Assembly: GCA_034439575.1 (NCBI GenBank)
Contig: JAWXAQ010000015.1
Span: 32,001-96,000, forward strand
DNA length: 64,000 bases
Reading direction: 5' to 3'
Source: Leptospira sp.
GTDB lineage: Bacteria > Spirochaetota > Leptospiria > Leptospirales > Leptospiraceae
A program made the position numbers and the translations under genes. This document shows positions 19,557 through 29,929 of the stretch, one piece after another. The notes beneath the pieces were generated by a model. It had not been told where the DNA came from. It ran no database searches and worked only from the letters and a program-made list of their open reading frames with translations. Numbering within the stretch: position 1 is the stretch's first letter; every line of letters starts with the position of its first letter.

Positions 19557-22034
19557 GTGATATCAATGATTCGTTTCATAAACTATATATATAATTTACC
19601 TTATCATTTATTGCTAATGATCCTTTTATTTTCTGCAGTAAAATGCTCCGTTCCCGAAGTTTCCAATGCTTGTGATCCAAACACAAAGAATTATCTTCTA
19701 ACAAATGTCTTCATTCAAACCTTCAAAATTCCGACTTTTTCAAACTCTTGTTTTCGTTCAGGGGCTCTACCTACGGGCTCCATTAAAGTCACCCCTCGGT
19801 ATGCTTTCGGGAAAATGCTGAAACGCACTGTCCCTTTGGAATTTACTTTCGACCAAGTGGTAAGTGCTGATCTCTGTACTTTTAATTTAGGGATTGCGAA
19901 TGATGCTTTTTCCAAAAGTTATGAAAAATTGTCAGACACTTCATCAAAACTCACACTGACACCCACCTCACTATGGTCTGTCGGTATCTTTCGAGATCTA
20001 TCTCTTGACTGCACTGCTGATAATGGATTTAAAACCATTGAACCCTATATTGCTCGTTATAGTTTTGCTGATAACTTTCGATTTGTCAGTTCCGCTGGTA
20101 GTAATTCAAATGATGGTCTGACAGAAACAAGCCCCCTGCTTACCATTCCCTATTCTATATCATCCTTATCTTCAGAATGTACCACTTCTGGGAAGGTATG
20201 CTATGTGTTAGTTGCCTCCGGGAATTATTCCACATCTTCATCCATTACGATCCAAAATCAAATTTCTTTGTATGGAAGTTACGATTCTACTTTCTTAAAT
20301 CGAAATGCAGACCCAAGTCTTTCCACATACGCACCGTCCACATTGACAGATTCCAGAGATTCAACAGGTGGCACAAATACATCTCCTATCTCTACTTTTT
20401 TAATCACTGGTTCCTTAGATAAAAGTAAAACCACTGTGGATGGATTCTATATCAAAGCTCCGACAGGCGGCACAGGTTTTTCAGCAGGCGCCCATTTCAC
20501 ATCCATCACTGGCTCGGGTATTTATTTTACTTACAATAAAATCGAAATCCAAAGTCCTTTAGACGGATATGGTATTTATTCAGATTCGACAAATAGCGGT
20601 GAATTACATTACAATCACATTGTACATACGGGAAATATTTCTGGCTCTTCCTTTTCTGGGATCGCCTTACAATCGACTGGCGTAGCATTTTCAAATATTC
20701 TATCCAACACGATTACACTAAACACTTGCTCTACGGCAGCATGTAACATGCGTGGGATTTTTTTTAATACTACGGCTGCGGCAAGTTTGATCACTAAAAA
20801 TAAGATCACACTCGGTGATGGCTCAGGAAATACGGCGGGAGTTACGGGTATTGATGGTTTTTGTTCTGTCACCACACCAAGTATGACTATTTCTGAAAAT
20901 TCTATCAGTGGAACAACATGCTCTGGTAACGGTTGTTTTGCGACAGGCATTCGATTGAATGTTTCAGCTCTGGCTTCAACTATTTCACTGAATGGCAATA
21001 CGATCCATCCTGGTAAATGTATTTTGGGAGGTTGTGAGACGATCGGGATTTTTATTACAGGTTCAAACCCATCGGCGGATGTACAAATTCTTTCAAATAC
21101 GATTTACGGAGGAGATTCATCGGCCTCAACAAGTGGCAATACCTATGGTTTAAAAATAAACACAGGTATTAGTTCCTTTATCAATGTCCAAAGCAATCGG
21201 ATTTATACAGGTAGTTCACATCCTGGTTTTGGAATTTCTGTAGGAATGCGCATTGGAGCTACAGGATCAAATAGCGGGAGTATTGCGGAAAATTATATAA
21301 GCGGTGGGAGCGGTAATTTAGTTTTCTCATTGTGGGGTTCACCGTCTTCCAATATACCCATTCAGCGCAATCGTTTTGAAGGTGGTAACTCCACATCATC
21401 GGGCAATGCAAATGTCGACATTAATCTTGGAAATGTTTTTTATTCCAATCTGATTATCGGTGGGAGTGAAACAAGTGGACCAAGTAATGCCATTCGAATC
21501 TCAGGTGGCTCAGGAAATTTTTTTCATAATACAATTATTGGACGTGGTACTGGATCAGAGACCAATGGAATTGTTTTTGGAGCCGCTAACACGATTAATA
21601 TGAGTCACAATCTGATCGTAACAGAATCTGGTGCAACAACAACAAGGAACTGTGTGAAAGAAGAGGCAGTAAATTATGGACCGGCAACTTTCGATAGTAA
21701 CGCATTATGGGATTGCCCCACAGCTTATTATTTTGATACAGATTCTGCTCCCAATCCCAAAACTTTCTGGTGTAGCACAAGTGGGGGAACTTTCGCTTCT
21801 GGTGTTGGCTGTTCTAGTCCTATGGCCACACCAGCAGGTGCAAACAATCTTGACCCTGTAAATCCAATGTTTTTTGATTCATCAAATAAAAAGTATTGTT
21901 TGAGTAGTACGACTCCGTCTTCGATCCAAACTGGAACTGGCACAAACGCCGTGACGACAGATATAACAGGCGCTATAAGGCCATCCGGCTCTCGTGCTTA
22001 TGGTGCATACGAGCCAGGCTCCACTTGCAATTAA
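19557..22034 (+). CDS. Large Ser/Thr/Gly-rich surface lipoprotein with parallel beta-helix repeats
   Basis: Lipobox AVKC, NACDP motif, G.NSNDGLT..SPLLTI start of pectin-lyase-like fold, repeated I..N.I..G rungs, C-terminal DITGAIRP..GAYE. Confidence 0.8.
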   Translation: MISMIRFINYIYNLPYHLLLMILLFSAVKCSVPEVSNACDPNTKNYLLTNVFIQTFKIPTFSNSCFRSGALPTGSIKVTPRYAFGKMLKRTVPLEFTFDQVVSADLCTFNLGIANDAFSKSYEKLSDTSSKLTLTPTSLWSVGIFRDLSLDCTADNGFKTIEPYIARYSFADNFRFVSSAGSNSNDGLTETSPLLTIPYSISSLSSECTTSGKVCYVLVASGNYSTSSSITIQNQISLYGSYDSTFLNRNADPSLSTYAPSTLTDSRDSTGGTNTSPISTFLITGSLDKSKTTVDGFYIKAPTGGTGFSAGAHFTSITGSGIYFTYNKIEIQSPLDGYGIYSDSTNSGELHYNHIVHTGNISGSSFSGIALQSTGVAFSNILSNTITLNTCSTAACNMRGIFFNTTAAASLITKNKITLGDGSGNTAGVTGIDGFCSVTTPSMTISENSISGTTCSGNGCFATGIRLNVSALASTISLNGNTIHPGKCILGGCETIGIFITGSNPSADVQILSNTIYGGDSSASTSGNTYGLKINTGISSFINVQSNRIYTGSSHPGFGISVGMRIGATGSNSGSIAENYISGGSGNLVFSLWGSPSSNIPIQRNRFEGGNSTSSGNANVDINLGNVFYSNLIIGGSETSGPSNAIRISGGSGNFFHNTIIGRGTGSETNGIVFGAANTINMSHNLIVTESGATTTRNCVKEEAVNYGPATFDSNALWDCPTAYYFDTDSAPNPKTFWCSTSGGTFASGVGCSSPMATPAGANNLDPVNPMFFDSSNKKYCLSSTTPSSIQTGTGTNAVTTDITGAIRPSGSRAYGAYEPGSTCN

Positions 22035-22729
22035 GTTTCGTTAGTTGCTTGGTACAAAAAATCTTTTAATTCATCAAGTCCTTTTGTAAAATAAACAGGT
22101 CGTGGCGAACGTGTATCTTTTAACAAAAAAGCTACACCTTGGTCATAAAAAACGATTTGATCCAGTTCATAAGATTGATACGTATAACTCGCATTACCCG
22201 AATAAAATACAAATTTGCCGTCTTCTTCTTTTAATTTGGCAGAACCGACTCGTTTAAAATTGCGAAGATCTTCTTCTGATCTTTCAGATATGGAGAGATC
22301 TTTTTCTCCAAAAGGAATTTTCCCTGAGTGATCTAAATACAAGGTCCCTTCCATTTGAAATTCATGAATTTTTGGTTCTTCTGCTTGAGGGATTTCTTTA
22401 AATCCCGCTTCGCTATCTTTCAAAACACTTGTTTTTTCTACCACGGAAGGCGGGGGAATGATTGGTGCCACCTGCTGTCTGTTTGGTTCCGAGAAAAACG
22501 GACTCACATTTGTAATTTCACGGTCTCTGCGTATCCTTTCATCAAGGCCTGGGTTTACCGAACTTTGAGGTTGGTGACGGAAATTGGCACCGTAACCTTG
22601 GAAATTGGGATTTCTATCTGTTGCGACACGCTTGGAACCAATGTTTTGTTTCGCTGAATTGGGACTTAAGGATACATAGAGGAAACAAAGTACCCCAACC
22701 AAAATCATTGCTAATGCCGCGTATAACAT
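22031..22729 (-). CDS. Leptospira-conserved membrane-anchored hypothetical protein
   Basis: N-terminal TM, disordered linker, globular C-terminal domain (EGTLYLDHSG). Confidence 0.75.
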   Translation of the reverse strand: MLYAALAMILVGVLCFLYVSLSPNSAKQNIGSKRVATDRNPNFQGYGANFRHQPQSSVNPGLDERIRRDREITNVSPFFSEPNRQQVAPIIPPPSVVEKTSVLKDSEAGFKEIPQAEEPKIHEFQMEGTLYLDHSGKIPFGEKDLSISERSEEDLRNFKRVGSAKLKEEDGKFVFYSGNASYTYQSYELDQIVFYDQGVAFLLKDTRSPRPVYFTKGLDELKDFLYQATNET

Positions 22730-22813
22730 ACCCCTCTTATTATCTATCCTTTTGCCAATTCCCTTGATTACTATTTTTCTTTACAGCCATAGGGAATTGG
22801 AAACCATTCCCTT

Positions 22814-24061
22814 ATGTTCGAAGAAGAAGCCACTACCTGGAAAGAAAAGCTCACTAGAGCCGTCGTAGGTTTGTTTTTATTTATACTCGTTGCTATGCTT
22901 GTCGTCACCTTTTTACCAGGAGATGCGGAACAAAGCTTTATGGGTGCCCTCACTGGCTCCTCATCTACTAAGGCGGGAAGCATAGCTGGTAGAGCCGTTC
23001 CCATTGATTATTTCAATGCGGCACGCAGAGAATGTTATTACCGTTACTCACAATATTCGAAAGAAATGGCTTCCAACCCGGAAATGATTCAATCTTGCGC
23101 CTTTTCAACTACGAAAGAACTGTTCATCGCCAATGATATTGCCAAGGCCATCGGATACCGCATTTCAGAAACCAGTATCAAACGTGACCTTTCCGTCCAA
23201 GCTCGCCAGATTCATAAAGAATCGGTTTCCCAAGCGGGATTCAGTGAAGAAGATACAAGGACTGTAGATCAAATTTACCAACAAATTCTCCGTTCCACTC
23301 CGATGAACTACCGCATTGATACAGCAACTGGTTATTCCATTTTCCAAGGCTTTCTGGATCAAAAATTAACACCTTCTCCAGCGGAAGGCTTAATTGAGTC
23401 AGAAGCAAAATCGGCAAAGGTATCCTTTCGCCTGGTAGCATTTACCGAAGTAAATCTACTCAATCAAATCGAAAACAAACTCCAAATTCCCGAAGTGGAA
23501 CTACTTGCCGAATATGAAAAAGAGAAAAAGGAAGGCAATCTCAGCAAAGATGCCAATGGGAAAGTCCCAAGTTTTGAGGAAAGAAAATCCATTCTTACTT
23601 CTAAACTCAAATTTGACAAAAAGAGAAAAGAATTAGAAGTTTGGAAAAAGAAAATCGAAAGTTTGGTTCTGGGTGAAAATGCTCTGGAAGCGATTGCCAA
23701 AGAAACTGCTCAATCTATAGAATCAATTTCTGCGACTCCCCTGTCCGAATTAAAATCTTTACGTTCCCCCAAAGGAACTACTTTCCGTTTGGCAAATGAT
23801 CCCAAGTTTTGGGAAGCCTTATCAGCCAATCCTTTTGGCAAAAAAAAGGTTCTCGGACCTTTCACTGATAACGACAAACAAATTTATGTAGAATTCGGGG
23901 ACTTAAGTTTTTCAAAAGTAACCGTAGCCGCACAAAAACCAGTACTTTCACCTACCGACTTTATGAAACAAAACCAATTGCTTGGCTTTTTTCTTGAAAT
24001 AAACAAGTCACTATCAGGAGAATACAACATCGAGAAACAAAAGGCACTGTCTTTAGAATAA
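22814..24061 (+). CDS. Membrane-anchored SurA N-terminal/PpiD-like protein
   Basis: Single TM, AGSIAGRAVP, AKAIGYRISETSI chaperone-like helical domain; no clear parvulin motif. Confidence 0.6.
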   Translation: MFEEEATTWKEKLTRAVVGLFLFILVAMLVVTFLPGDAEQSFMGALTGSSSTKAGSIAGRAVPIDYFNAARRECYYRYSQYSKEMASNPEMIQSCAFSTTKELFIANDIAKAIGYRISETSIKRDLSVQARQIHKESVSQAGFSEEDTRTVDQIYQQILRSTPMNYRIDTATGYSIFQGFLDQKLTPSPAEGLIESEAKSAKVSFRLVAFTEVNLLNQIENKLQIPEVELLAEYEKEKKEGNLSKDANGKVPSFEERKSILTSKLKFDKKRKELEVWKKKIESLVLGENALEAIAKETAQSIESISATPLSELKSLRSPKGTTFRLANDPKFWEALSANPFGKKKVLGPFTDNDKQIYVEFGDLSFSKVTVAAQKPVLSPTDFMKQNQLLGFFLEINKSLSGEYNIEKQKALSLE

Positions 24062-24525
24062 TGCAAATCAAAGCCGACTTTATCAATCCATTCCTCGAGG
24101 CCGCAACCATCGTGTTTCGCGATGTGTTAGGTCAAGATTTGATTCGGGGAAAAATTGGGATCAAAGACTCTCCAACGCCATCGCATGAAATTGCGATCAT
24201 AATAGGTGTTGTCGGATCTTTTAGTGGTGAAGTTGTTTATAGCATGAATTTTGATGCCGCTTACAAAATTTCAAAAAAATTAGTTCCTGGTTTATCAGAC
24301 GCTGATGTCCAAAACGAATACAAAGATATCCTCGGCGAAATTGCCAACATGACAACGGGTAATGCGATGAATATTTTTACATCTTCTGGCCAATCGGTAG
24401 AGATCACAACTCCCAATATCCAAGAATCAAAATCTACATCAGTAAAATTTAACAAAAAACCGACTCTATCTATCAATCTTTATTCAAAGTTTGGTAGAGT
24501 TGAAGTCAATGTAGCGATCGCCTAA
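24061..24525 (+). CDS. cheX: Chemotaxis phosphatase CheX
   Basis: FINPFLEA, IIIGVVG, GEIANMTTGNA (ExxN), ITTP. Confidence 0.92.
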   Translation: MQIKADFINPFLEAATIVFRDVLGQDLIRGKIGIKDSPTPSHEIAIIIGVVGSFSGEVVYSMNFDAAYKISKKLVPGLSDADVQNEYKDILGEIANMTTGNAMNIFTSSGQSVEITTPNIQESKSTSVKFNKKPTLSINLYSKFGRVEVNVAIA

Positions 24526-25559
24526 ATTCCCATAGGCGACTCAATCAATCGCCTTCTCTCCAGAGCATCCTTTCTAAAATTATCCCCTGGTGTTATTTCA
24601 ATACCATCAGAAGTTTTCAAATATAAATCATAATAATTTTTGGCTCTTTCTAGATCTCTATCTTTCCAAACACTTTCATAAATCCTACCCGCATAATAAT
24701 GTGCAGGCGAAAATTCTTTAGCGGATTTAAATTCTTTCATCAATTTTACAAGGTGGTGCAAAGCTGGGCGATATTCCTGTCTGCGAAACAATAAAACAGC
24801 TATCGCCAAATGTGTCCTAGGCGTTAATTCTGGATGCACAGGGAAGGAGGAGATTAATTTCAAATATTCCCTGTATGCTTTTTCTTCCGATTCAGGTTGG
24901 CCCATTCGATCTAGAGAGCGAGCCAGTTCAAATTGTGCCTTTATTTTCGCATCAGGATCTTCGATTTTTTCAACGAGCCCGCTAGCTTCCGTATTGCGAC
25001 CATCTAACCCAAACAAGTTGGCATTTTCTGTTCGCGAGGAGTTTGTTTTATTTCCTTCTTTGGATGCCGAATCAGTAAACTCGGTCTCTGCCGATTTTTT
25101 TTGATTCCTTGTTAATAAAGATTTTCCTCGAACAAAGGCGGGTTCACTTGGATCTACTTCATCCCCCTTACTTTTTTTCTTCTTCTTTGTTTCTGTTGCT
25201 TTTGGCGTATTAGAATTTAATAAATTTTTACTATTATTTTCTGCATTTTGAGTAGTTTGCTTATTGCTTTGAATGCTCGAAGGTTTATCATTTAAAGGAT
25301 CTTTGCCTAATGGATTTACATCTTTACCAATCGATGAAGTATCTTTGTTTGATGTAACCTTAGGATTTTGCTGTAAGGAATTTTCTGGATTTGCTGTTTT
25401 TTCAGAACCATTGGTGTCCAAAATCTCTAATTGTTTGGTTTCTGAATTTTCAATTGGAAATGGTAAATAAATCTCATTCGAAGGAGGAGTTTCTGCAATG
25501 ATTGAAAATGGAAGATTTAAGATCGCAAAAATTAAAAGAAAAATGATTCGAAATTTCAT
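24522..25559 (-). CDS. Exported TPR protein (BamD/CpoB-like repeats)
   Basis: Signal peptide, low-complexity linker, YLKLISSFPVHP and AHYYAGRIYE TPR segments. Confidence 0.75.
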   Translation of the reverse strand: MKFRIIFLLIFAILNLPFSIIAETPPSNEIYLPFPIENSETKQLEILDTNGSEKTANPENSLQQNPKVTSNKDTSSIGKDVNPLGKDPLNDKPSSIQSNKQTTQNAENNSKNLLNSNTPKATETKKKKKSKGDEVDPSEPAFVRGKSLLTRNQKKSAETEFTDSASKEGNKTNSSRTENANLFGLDGRNTEASGLVEKIEDPDAKIKAQFELARSLDRMGQPESEEKAYREYLKLISSFPVHPELTPRTHLAIAVLLFRRQEYRPALHHLVKLMKEFKSAKEFSPAHYYAGRIYESVWKDRDLERAKNYYDLYLKTSDGIEITPGDNFRKDALERRRLIESPMGI

Positions 25560-25562
25560 ACG

Positions 25563-26375
25563 TTAACGCGGGATACGTTCTAGTTCTCTGACTTTCTTTT
25601 GAGGACTTGTAAAGGTATCGGGTTCTTGGGATGGTAATTTATTTTCTTTCTGTTTTTTTTGTTCGGCCAATTTTTCTAATTTTGACAATTTAGAAATAAT
25701 TTTATTAAATCGATCATCATCTGCATTATTTTTTTCTTCTATCTCTGTCATGCGAGAAGGTGATACATTTTTTTCTTTTGGCTTGAGATTTATATCTTTG
25801 CGTTCCAATTCCTTTGGTTCATTTAATTCTTGCAAGGTGTTACTATTTTGCCACGACCCAATCTCTTCTATATCAATGGGAGAAGATATGAGACCTTCAC
25901 CTGAAGGAGTAGCCAGAGGTGGAGTTGTAGATTCATTTTTACGATTTCGGAAATCTCTCTCTTTACCTAAAAAATCTGCTTCTTCAGGCGCAGGCATTTG
26001 ATTTGGATTAATACTTTCTCGTTCACTTACAAATTCGAATTGCATACGATGATTGCTTTCATATTTGAAATCTTCTGGATCAGACATATGAACATCTTTT
26101 CTAGATCGATTGTATTCTTTTTCGATTTCGGTTACAAACAAAGACCGTGTATCAGATGCTAATTGCAATCCTTCTGGAGTTGCATTTTCCCAACCCTTTG
26201 ACCAACCAGAGTAAATTGCCATAAGCAAAAAAAAGACAAGCAAAGAAACTGCGATTTTTTTAAGTAAACTGGCAACTTGAGGCGGAATTTTATCAACTAA
26301 GCCGTCGGCCGCACCCAGCATTTTTTTGGGATCAACGTTTACCTTGGGAATGTTAATTTTTTTAAGGTCTACCAT
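25563..26375 (-). CDS. Leptospira-specific single-TM hypothetical protein
   Basis: TM at ~aa 41-58, then a charged periplasmic region; co-oriented with gaps of 3-5 bp. Confidence 0.75.
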   Translation of the reverse strand: MVDLKKINIPKVNVDPKKMLGAADGLVDKIPPQVASLLKKIAVSLLVFFLLMAIYSGWSKGWENATPEGLQLASDTRSLFVTEIEKEYNRSRKDVHMSDPEDFKYESNHRMQFEFVSERESINPNQMPAPEEADFLGKERDFRNRKNESTTPPLATPSGEGLISSPIDIEEIGSWQNSNTLQELNEPKELERKDINLKPKEKNVSPSRMTEIEEKNNADDDRFNKIISKLSKLEKLAEQKKQKENKLPSQEPDTFTSPQKKVRELERIPR

Positions 26376-26380
26376 ATCAT

Positions 26381-28237
26381 CTAGTCTTCCAAAATCTTAA
26401 ATACAACACGACGATTGCGAGCTCTACCTTCTTCAGATTTATTATCAGATACAGGCATCGTTTGACCTATTCCCTTTGTCGTAATTCTCATATCATCTAA
26501 TTGATGTTTTGTTTTCAAATAACTCGCAACGGACACGGCTCTTTCCACTGAAAGTTTTTTATTGGCAATGTCACCACCGACATTATCCGTATGACCTTCG
26601 ATAACAACTTTCAATCGAGGATTCTTTTTCAAAAGAGAGGCCAAGCGATCCAACTCTCCTTCCGATTCTTTCGCAATCTCAATGGATCGAAAAGCAAAAA
26701 ATAGATTGTTGAGAACCATTTCACTGCCCTTTTTGATTTTAGGTAAAACCAAAAGTACAGTTCTTTCTTCTTCTGCTTTTTCTTTCCCCACCAAATTTAG
26801 ATTTTGTGATGCTGGCAAATAACCTTCTTTTTCACCAAAAAATCCATAATTTTCTTCATATGGAAGGATGATAGAAAATTCACCTGTATTGGGATCTGAA
26901 ATTGTAGAACCTAGACTTTTTTTCTTTGTCAGAGATTCGTAAAGCACAGATGCCGCGAGAGGATTCCCATCTTCATCCACAACTTTTCCCTTGATCACTA
27001 CAACAGGTTCCGGTGAAAAAGATTTTGGAATGGAGGCCATATACAGCTCACCTTCGCGAGATACGTAAGCCCAATTTCCTTGTGCAGGAATGGAAAAAAA
27101 GTTTACACCACGAAGGTTTGGGGACAATTCTTGTGGCTCTGTCCAAGAATTCCACTGGTCATTTAACCTACGTGATACGAATATAGAAATCCCTTCTTTC
27201 CTTCCAGAGGAAGAAAAATATAAAGTTTTATCATCGGGTGCGAGAAAGGGAGCCATCTCTTCTTCACCAGTATTCACCGTCGAACCAAGATTAATGCCTT
27301 CTTCATAAACACCAGATTCGGATTGAAAGGTAACATATAAATCTAGTTTACCATAATTCTTTTTCTGTTGTGCCGAATAAACTATGGTTCTGCCAGTGGA
27401 AGATAGAGCTGATCCACCAAACACTTGTTGGTAAGGATTGTCTGCTTTTCTATACCAATTATAAAAACTCGGAAAATTGATAGGACTTGGACTTGAAAAT
27501 CCAGTTTCTTTTTTATATGATTTATAAAGGGGAGCGCGATTTTGAATTTTTTCACTTCTTTCGCGGTATTCATTTTCTAATTTTCCCAATCTAAAATGAA
27601 ATTCCTTTGGATTAGTTGCTTCCCTTGATGCTTCCTGCGAACGTAAAAGCATTTCTTTTTTCAATCCATCTAACATTTCATCTTCACCAAAATTACCAAA
27701 AACAAAAAGTTCATTACCGCCAGGCAAAGCAGAGATGACTGCCGACGGCAAACGATTGTTTAATGGTGCCTGGACTTGTTCTCCTGGCATCCAAAATCCG
27801 TATTGGTCTTTTTTGGATACCCAAATCTTTTGGGTAGAACGACTGCCTTCACGAATGAGAGCTGTCCAAAACAACATTTTTCCGTCAGGTGTAGATTGTG
27901 GGTTAAAGGAAAAATTGCCACCCGTGACATACCTTGGGATTTTTTTTAAAGTCCAATCGGGAGTTTTACTCGCTTCTAAGGGAGTCAATTCATAACGAAT
28001 TGGTGAACAAGATTCCCCACTTACGTCGCATAACATACGTATGTTTTTCCCAGTCAATAGTGCCAGTTCTTCTTGCAAAACCGTAGGGGAAAGGCGGAAA
28101 ATTTGTTTGTCTGTCTTCAACATATGGCCAGTGTTGATCAGTTCACCAAACAATATTTGGACACCATTTTGCGTGCTTTGGGAGCTAATGAGCCCTCCCC
28201 CGAAAACCATGAGTAGAATGATGAGAATCCGTGCCAT
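26381..28237 (-). CDS. OmpA family protein with PD40/WD40-like propeller and carboxypeptidase-regulatory-like domain
   Basis: APFLAPDDKTLYFSS, IKGKVVD, IEGHTDNVG..NKKLSVERA, EGRARNRRVVF. Confidence 0.9.
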   Translation of the reverse strand: MARILIILLMVFGGGLISSQSTQNGVQILFGELINTGHMLKTDKQIFRLSPTVLQEELALLTGKNIRMLCDVSGESCSPIRYELTPLEASKTPDWTLKKIPRYVTGGNFSFNPQSTPDGKMLFWTALIREGSRSTQKIWVSKKDQYGFWMPGEQVQAPLNNRLPSAVISALPGGNELFVFGNFGEDEMLDGLKKEMLLRSQEASREATNPKEFHFRLGKLENEYRERSEKIQNRAPLYKSYKKETGFSSPSPINFPSFYNWYRKADNPYQQVFGGSALSSTGRTIVYSAQQKKNYGKLDLYVTFQSESGVYEEGINLGSTVNTGEEEMAPFLAPDDKTLYFSSSGRKEGISIFVSRRLNDQWNSWTEPQELSPNLRGVNFFSIPAQGNWAYVSREGELYMASIPKSFSPEPVVVIKGKVVDEDGNPLAASVLYESLTKKKSLGSTISDPNTGEFSIILPYEENYGFFGEKEGYLPASQNLNLVGKEKAEEERTVLLVLPKIKKGSEMVLNNLFFAFRSIEIAKESEGELDRLASLLKKNPRLKVVIEGHTDNVGGDIANKKLSVERAVSVASYLKTKHQLDDMRITTKGIGQTMPVSDNKSEEGRARNRRVVFKILED

Positions 28238-28288
28238 ATCATACGAAATGTCGGTTGAAAAGAGAGTTTCCCTTAGAAAATTGACTGT

Positions 28289-29929
28289 ATGATCTCTGCA
28301 ACCGGCATTACCGTCTCCTTTGGCAAAAAACCACTCTTTGAAAACGTCTCCATTAAATTCAAACCTGGGTGCCGGTATGGGCTTATTGGGGCCAATGGCT
28401 CAGGTAAATCGACTTTTATGAAGGTTTTAGCGGGAATCATCCAACCGACCGCTGGTGCCGTCGCTATTGACAAGGACATCAAAGTTGGTTATTTGAAACA
28501 GGACCATTACGAATTCGAAAGTGAGACTGTTCTCGGAACTGTCCTACGCGGAAATCCTGAACTTTGGGAATTGATGCAAGAACGTGATGCCATTTATGCA
28601 AAAGACGAAATGACAGACGAAGAGGGTATTCGCATTTCCGAAATTGAAGATCGTTTTGCCGACCTCGGTGGCTATGAGGCAGAATCGATCGCAGGTGAAC
28701 TCTTAGAAGGACTCGCCATTCCCACAAATATCCATTCAAAACCATTGAACTTTCTCACAGGAGGTTTTAAATTAAGAGTCCTCCTTGCCCAAGTTCTTTT
28801 TCTAAAACCTGATGTTCTTTTGCTGGATGAACCAACAAACCATTTGGATATCAAAACCATACATTGGTTAGAAGAACTCCTTTTGGATTATGAGGGAGTG
28901 GTCATTGTAATCTCTCACGATAGGCATTTTATAAATTCTGTATCCACACATATTGCAGACTTAGACTATAATACGATTCGGATTTTTTCTGGTAATTATG
29001 ATGACTTTATGATTGCCGCTGAACAAACACAGACACAGCTTCAAAACGAAAACAAACGAGCTAAAGAAAAAATTAACGACTTACAGGAGTTTGTTTCCAG
29101 ATTTTCTGCCAATGCCAGTAAATCAAAACAAGCTACTTCTCGTGCTAAAATGATCGATAAGATCAAAGCGGAAATGGTTGATGTCAAACCATCATCGCGC
29201 GTGGCACCTTACATTCGTTTTAAACCAAGAAGAGTTCTAGGTAAAGATGTCTTTGAAGCTATTCAAATCAACAAATCTTATGACAATGTTTCTGTTATTA
29301 AAGATTTTAATATTAGTATCTCAAAAGGTGAAAAAGTCGGTATCGTTGGAACCAATGGTGTTGGAAAAACGACATTATTAAAAATGCTAATGAAAAAATT
29401 GAATCCTGATACAGGTGAAGTGAAATGGGGAGATTCTGTTGAACCATCATATTTTCCTCAGGACCAGAGAGAAGCAATTGAACCAGATGCAGATACACTC
29501 ATAGAATGGTTACTTAGAAATTCACCACAAGGTACAGAAGTTCAGGAAATTCGAGCCATTTTAGGAAGGATGTTATTTTCTGGAGATATGGCAAACAAAT
29601 CCACAAAAGTATTGTCAGGTGGTGAGAAGTCGAGAATGATCATCGGTAAAATGATACTTGCTGGGGACAATGTGATTGTTCTTGATGAACCGACAAATCA
29701 TTTGGATTTGGAAACCATTGAAGCATTAAATTATGCTTTATCTCTTTTTGAAGGAACAATCTTACTCGTTTCGCATGATAGAGAGTTTATCTCTTCGCTT
29801 TGCACGCGTATTGTGGAAGTGACTCCCGAAAGGATCAATGACTTCAAAGGAACTTACGAAGAGTTTCTGGAAAGAGAAGGTGCGGATTTTTACAAACGAC
29901 TTGCTGGTGGCCCTGTCGTTTCGGCTTAA
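28289..29929 (+). CDS. ABC-F family ATPase (YbiT-like)
   Basis: Two ABC domains (GANGSGKST, LDEPTNHLD twice, GTNGVGKTT, LSGGEK), no TM; RFSANASKSKQATSR linker. Confidence 0.92.
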   Translation: MISATGITVSFGKKPLFENVSIKFKPGCRYGLIGANGSGKSTFMKVLAGIIQPTAGAVAIDKDIKVGYLKQDHYEFESETVLGTVLRGNPELWELMQERDAIYAKDEMTDEEGIRISEIEDRFADLGGYEAESIAGELLEGLAIPTNIHSKPLNFLTGGFKLRVLLAQVLFLKPDVLLLDEPTNHLDIKTIHWLEELLLDYEGVVIVISHDRHFINSVSTHIADLDYNTIRIFSGNYDDFMIAAEQTQTQLQNENKRAKEKINDLQEFVSRFSANASKSKQATSRAKMIDKIKAEMVDVKPSSRVAPYIRFKPRRVLGKDVFEAIQINKSYDNVSVIKDFNISISKGEKVGIVGTNGVGKTTLLKMLMKKLNPDTGEVKWGDSVEPSYFPQDQREAIEPDADTLIEWLLRNSPQGTEVQEIRAILGRMLFSGDMANKSTKVLSGGEKSRMIIGKMILAGDNVIVLDEPTNHLDLETIEALNYALSLFEGTILLVSHDREFISSLCTRIVEVTPERINDFKGTYEEFLEREGADFYKRLAGGPVVSA

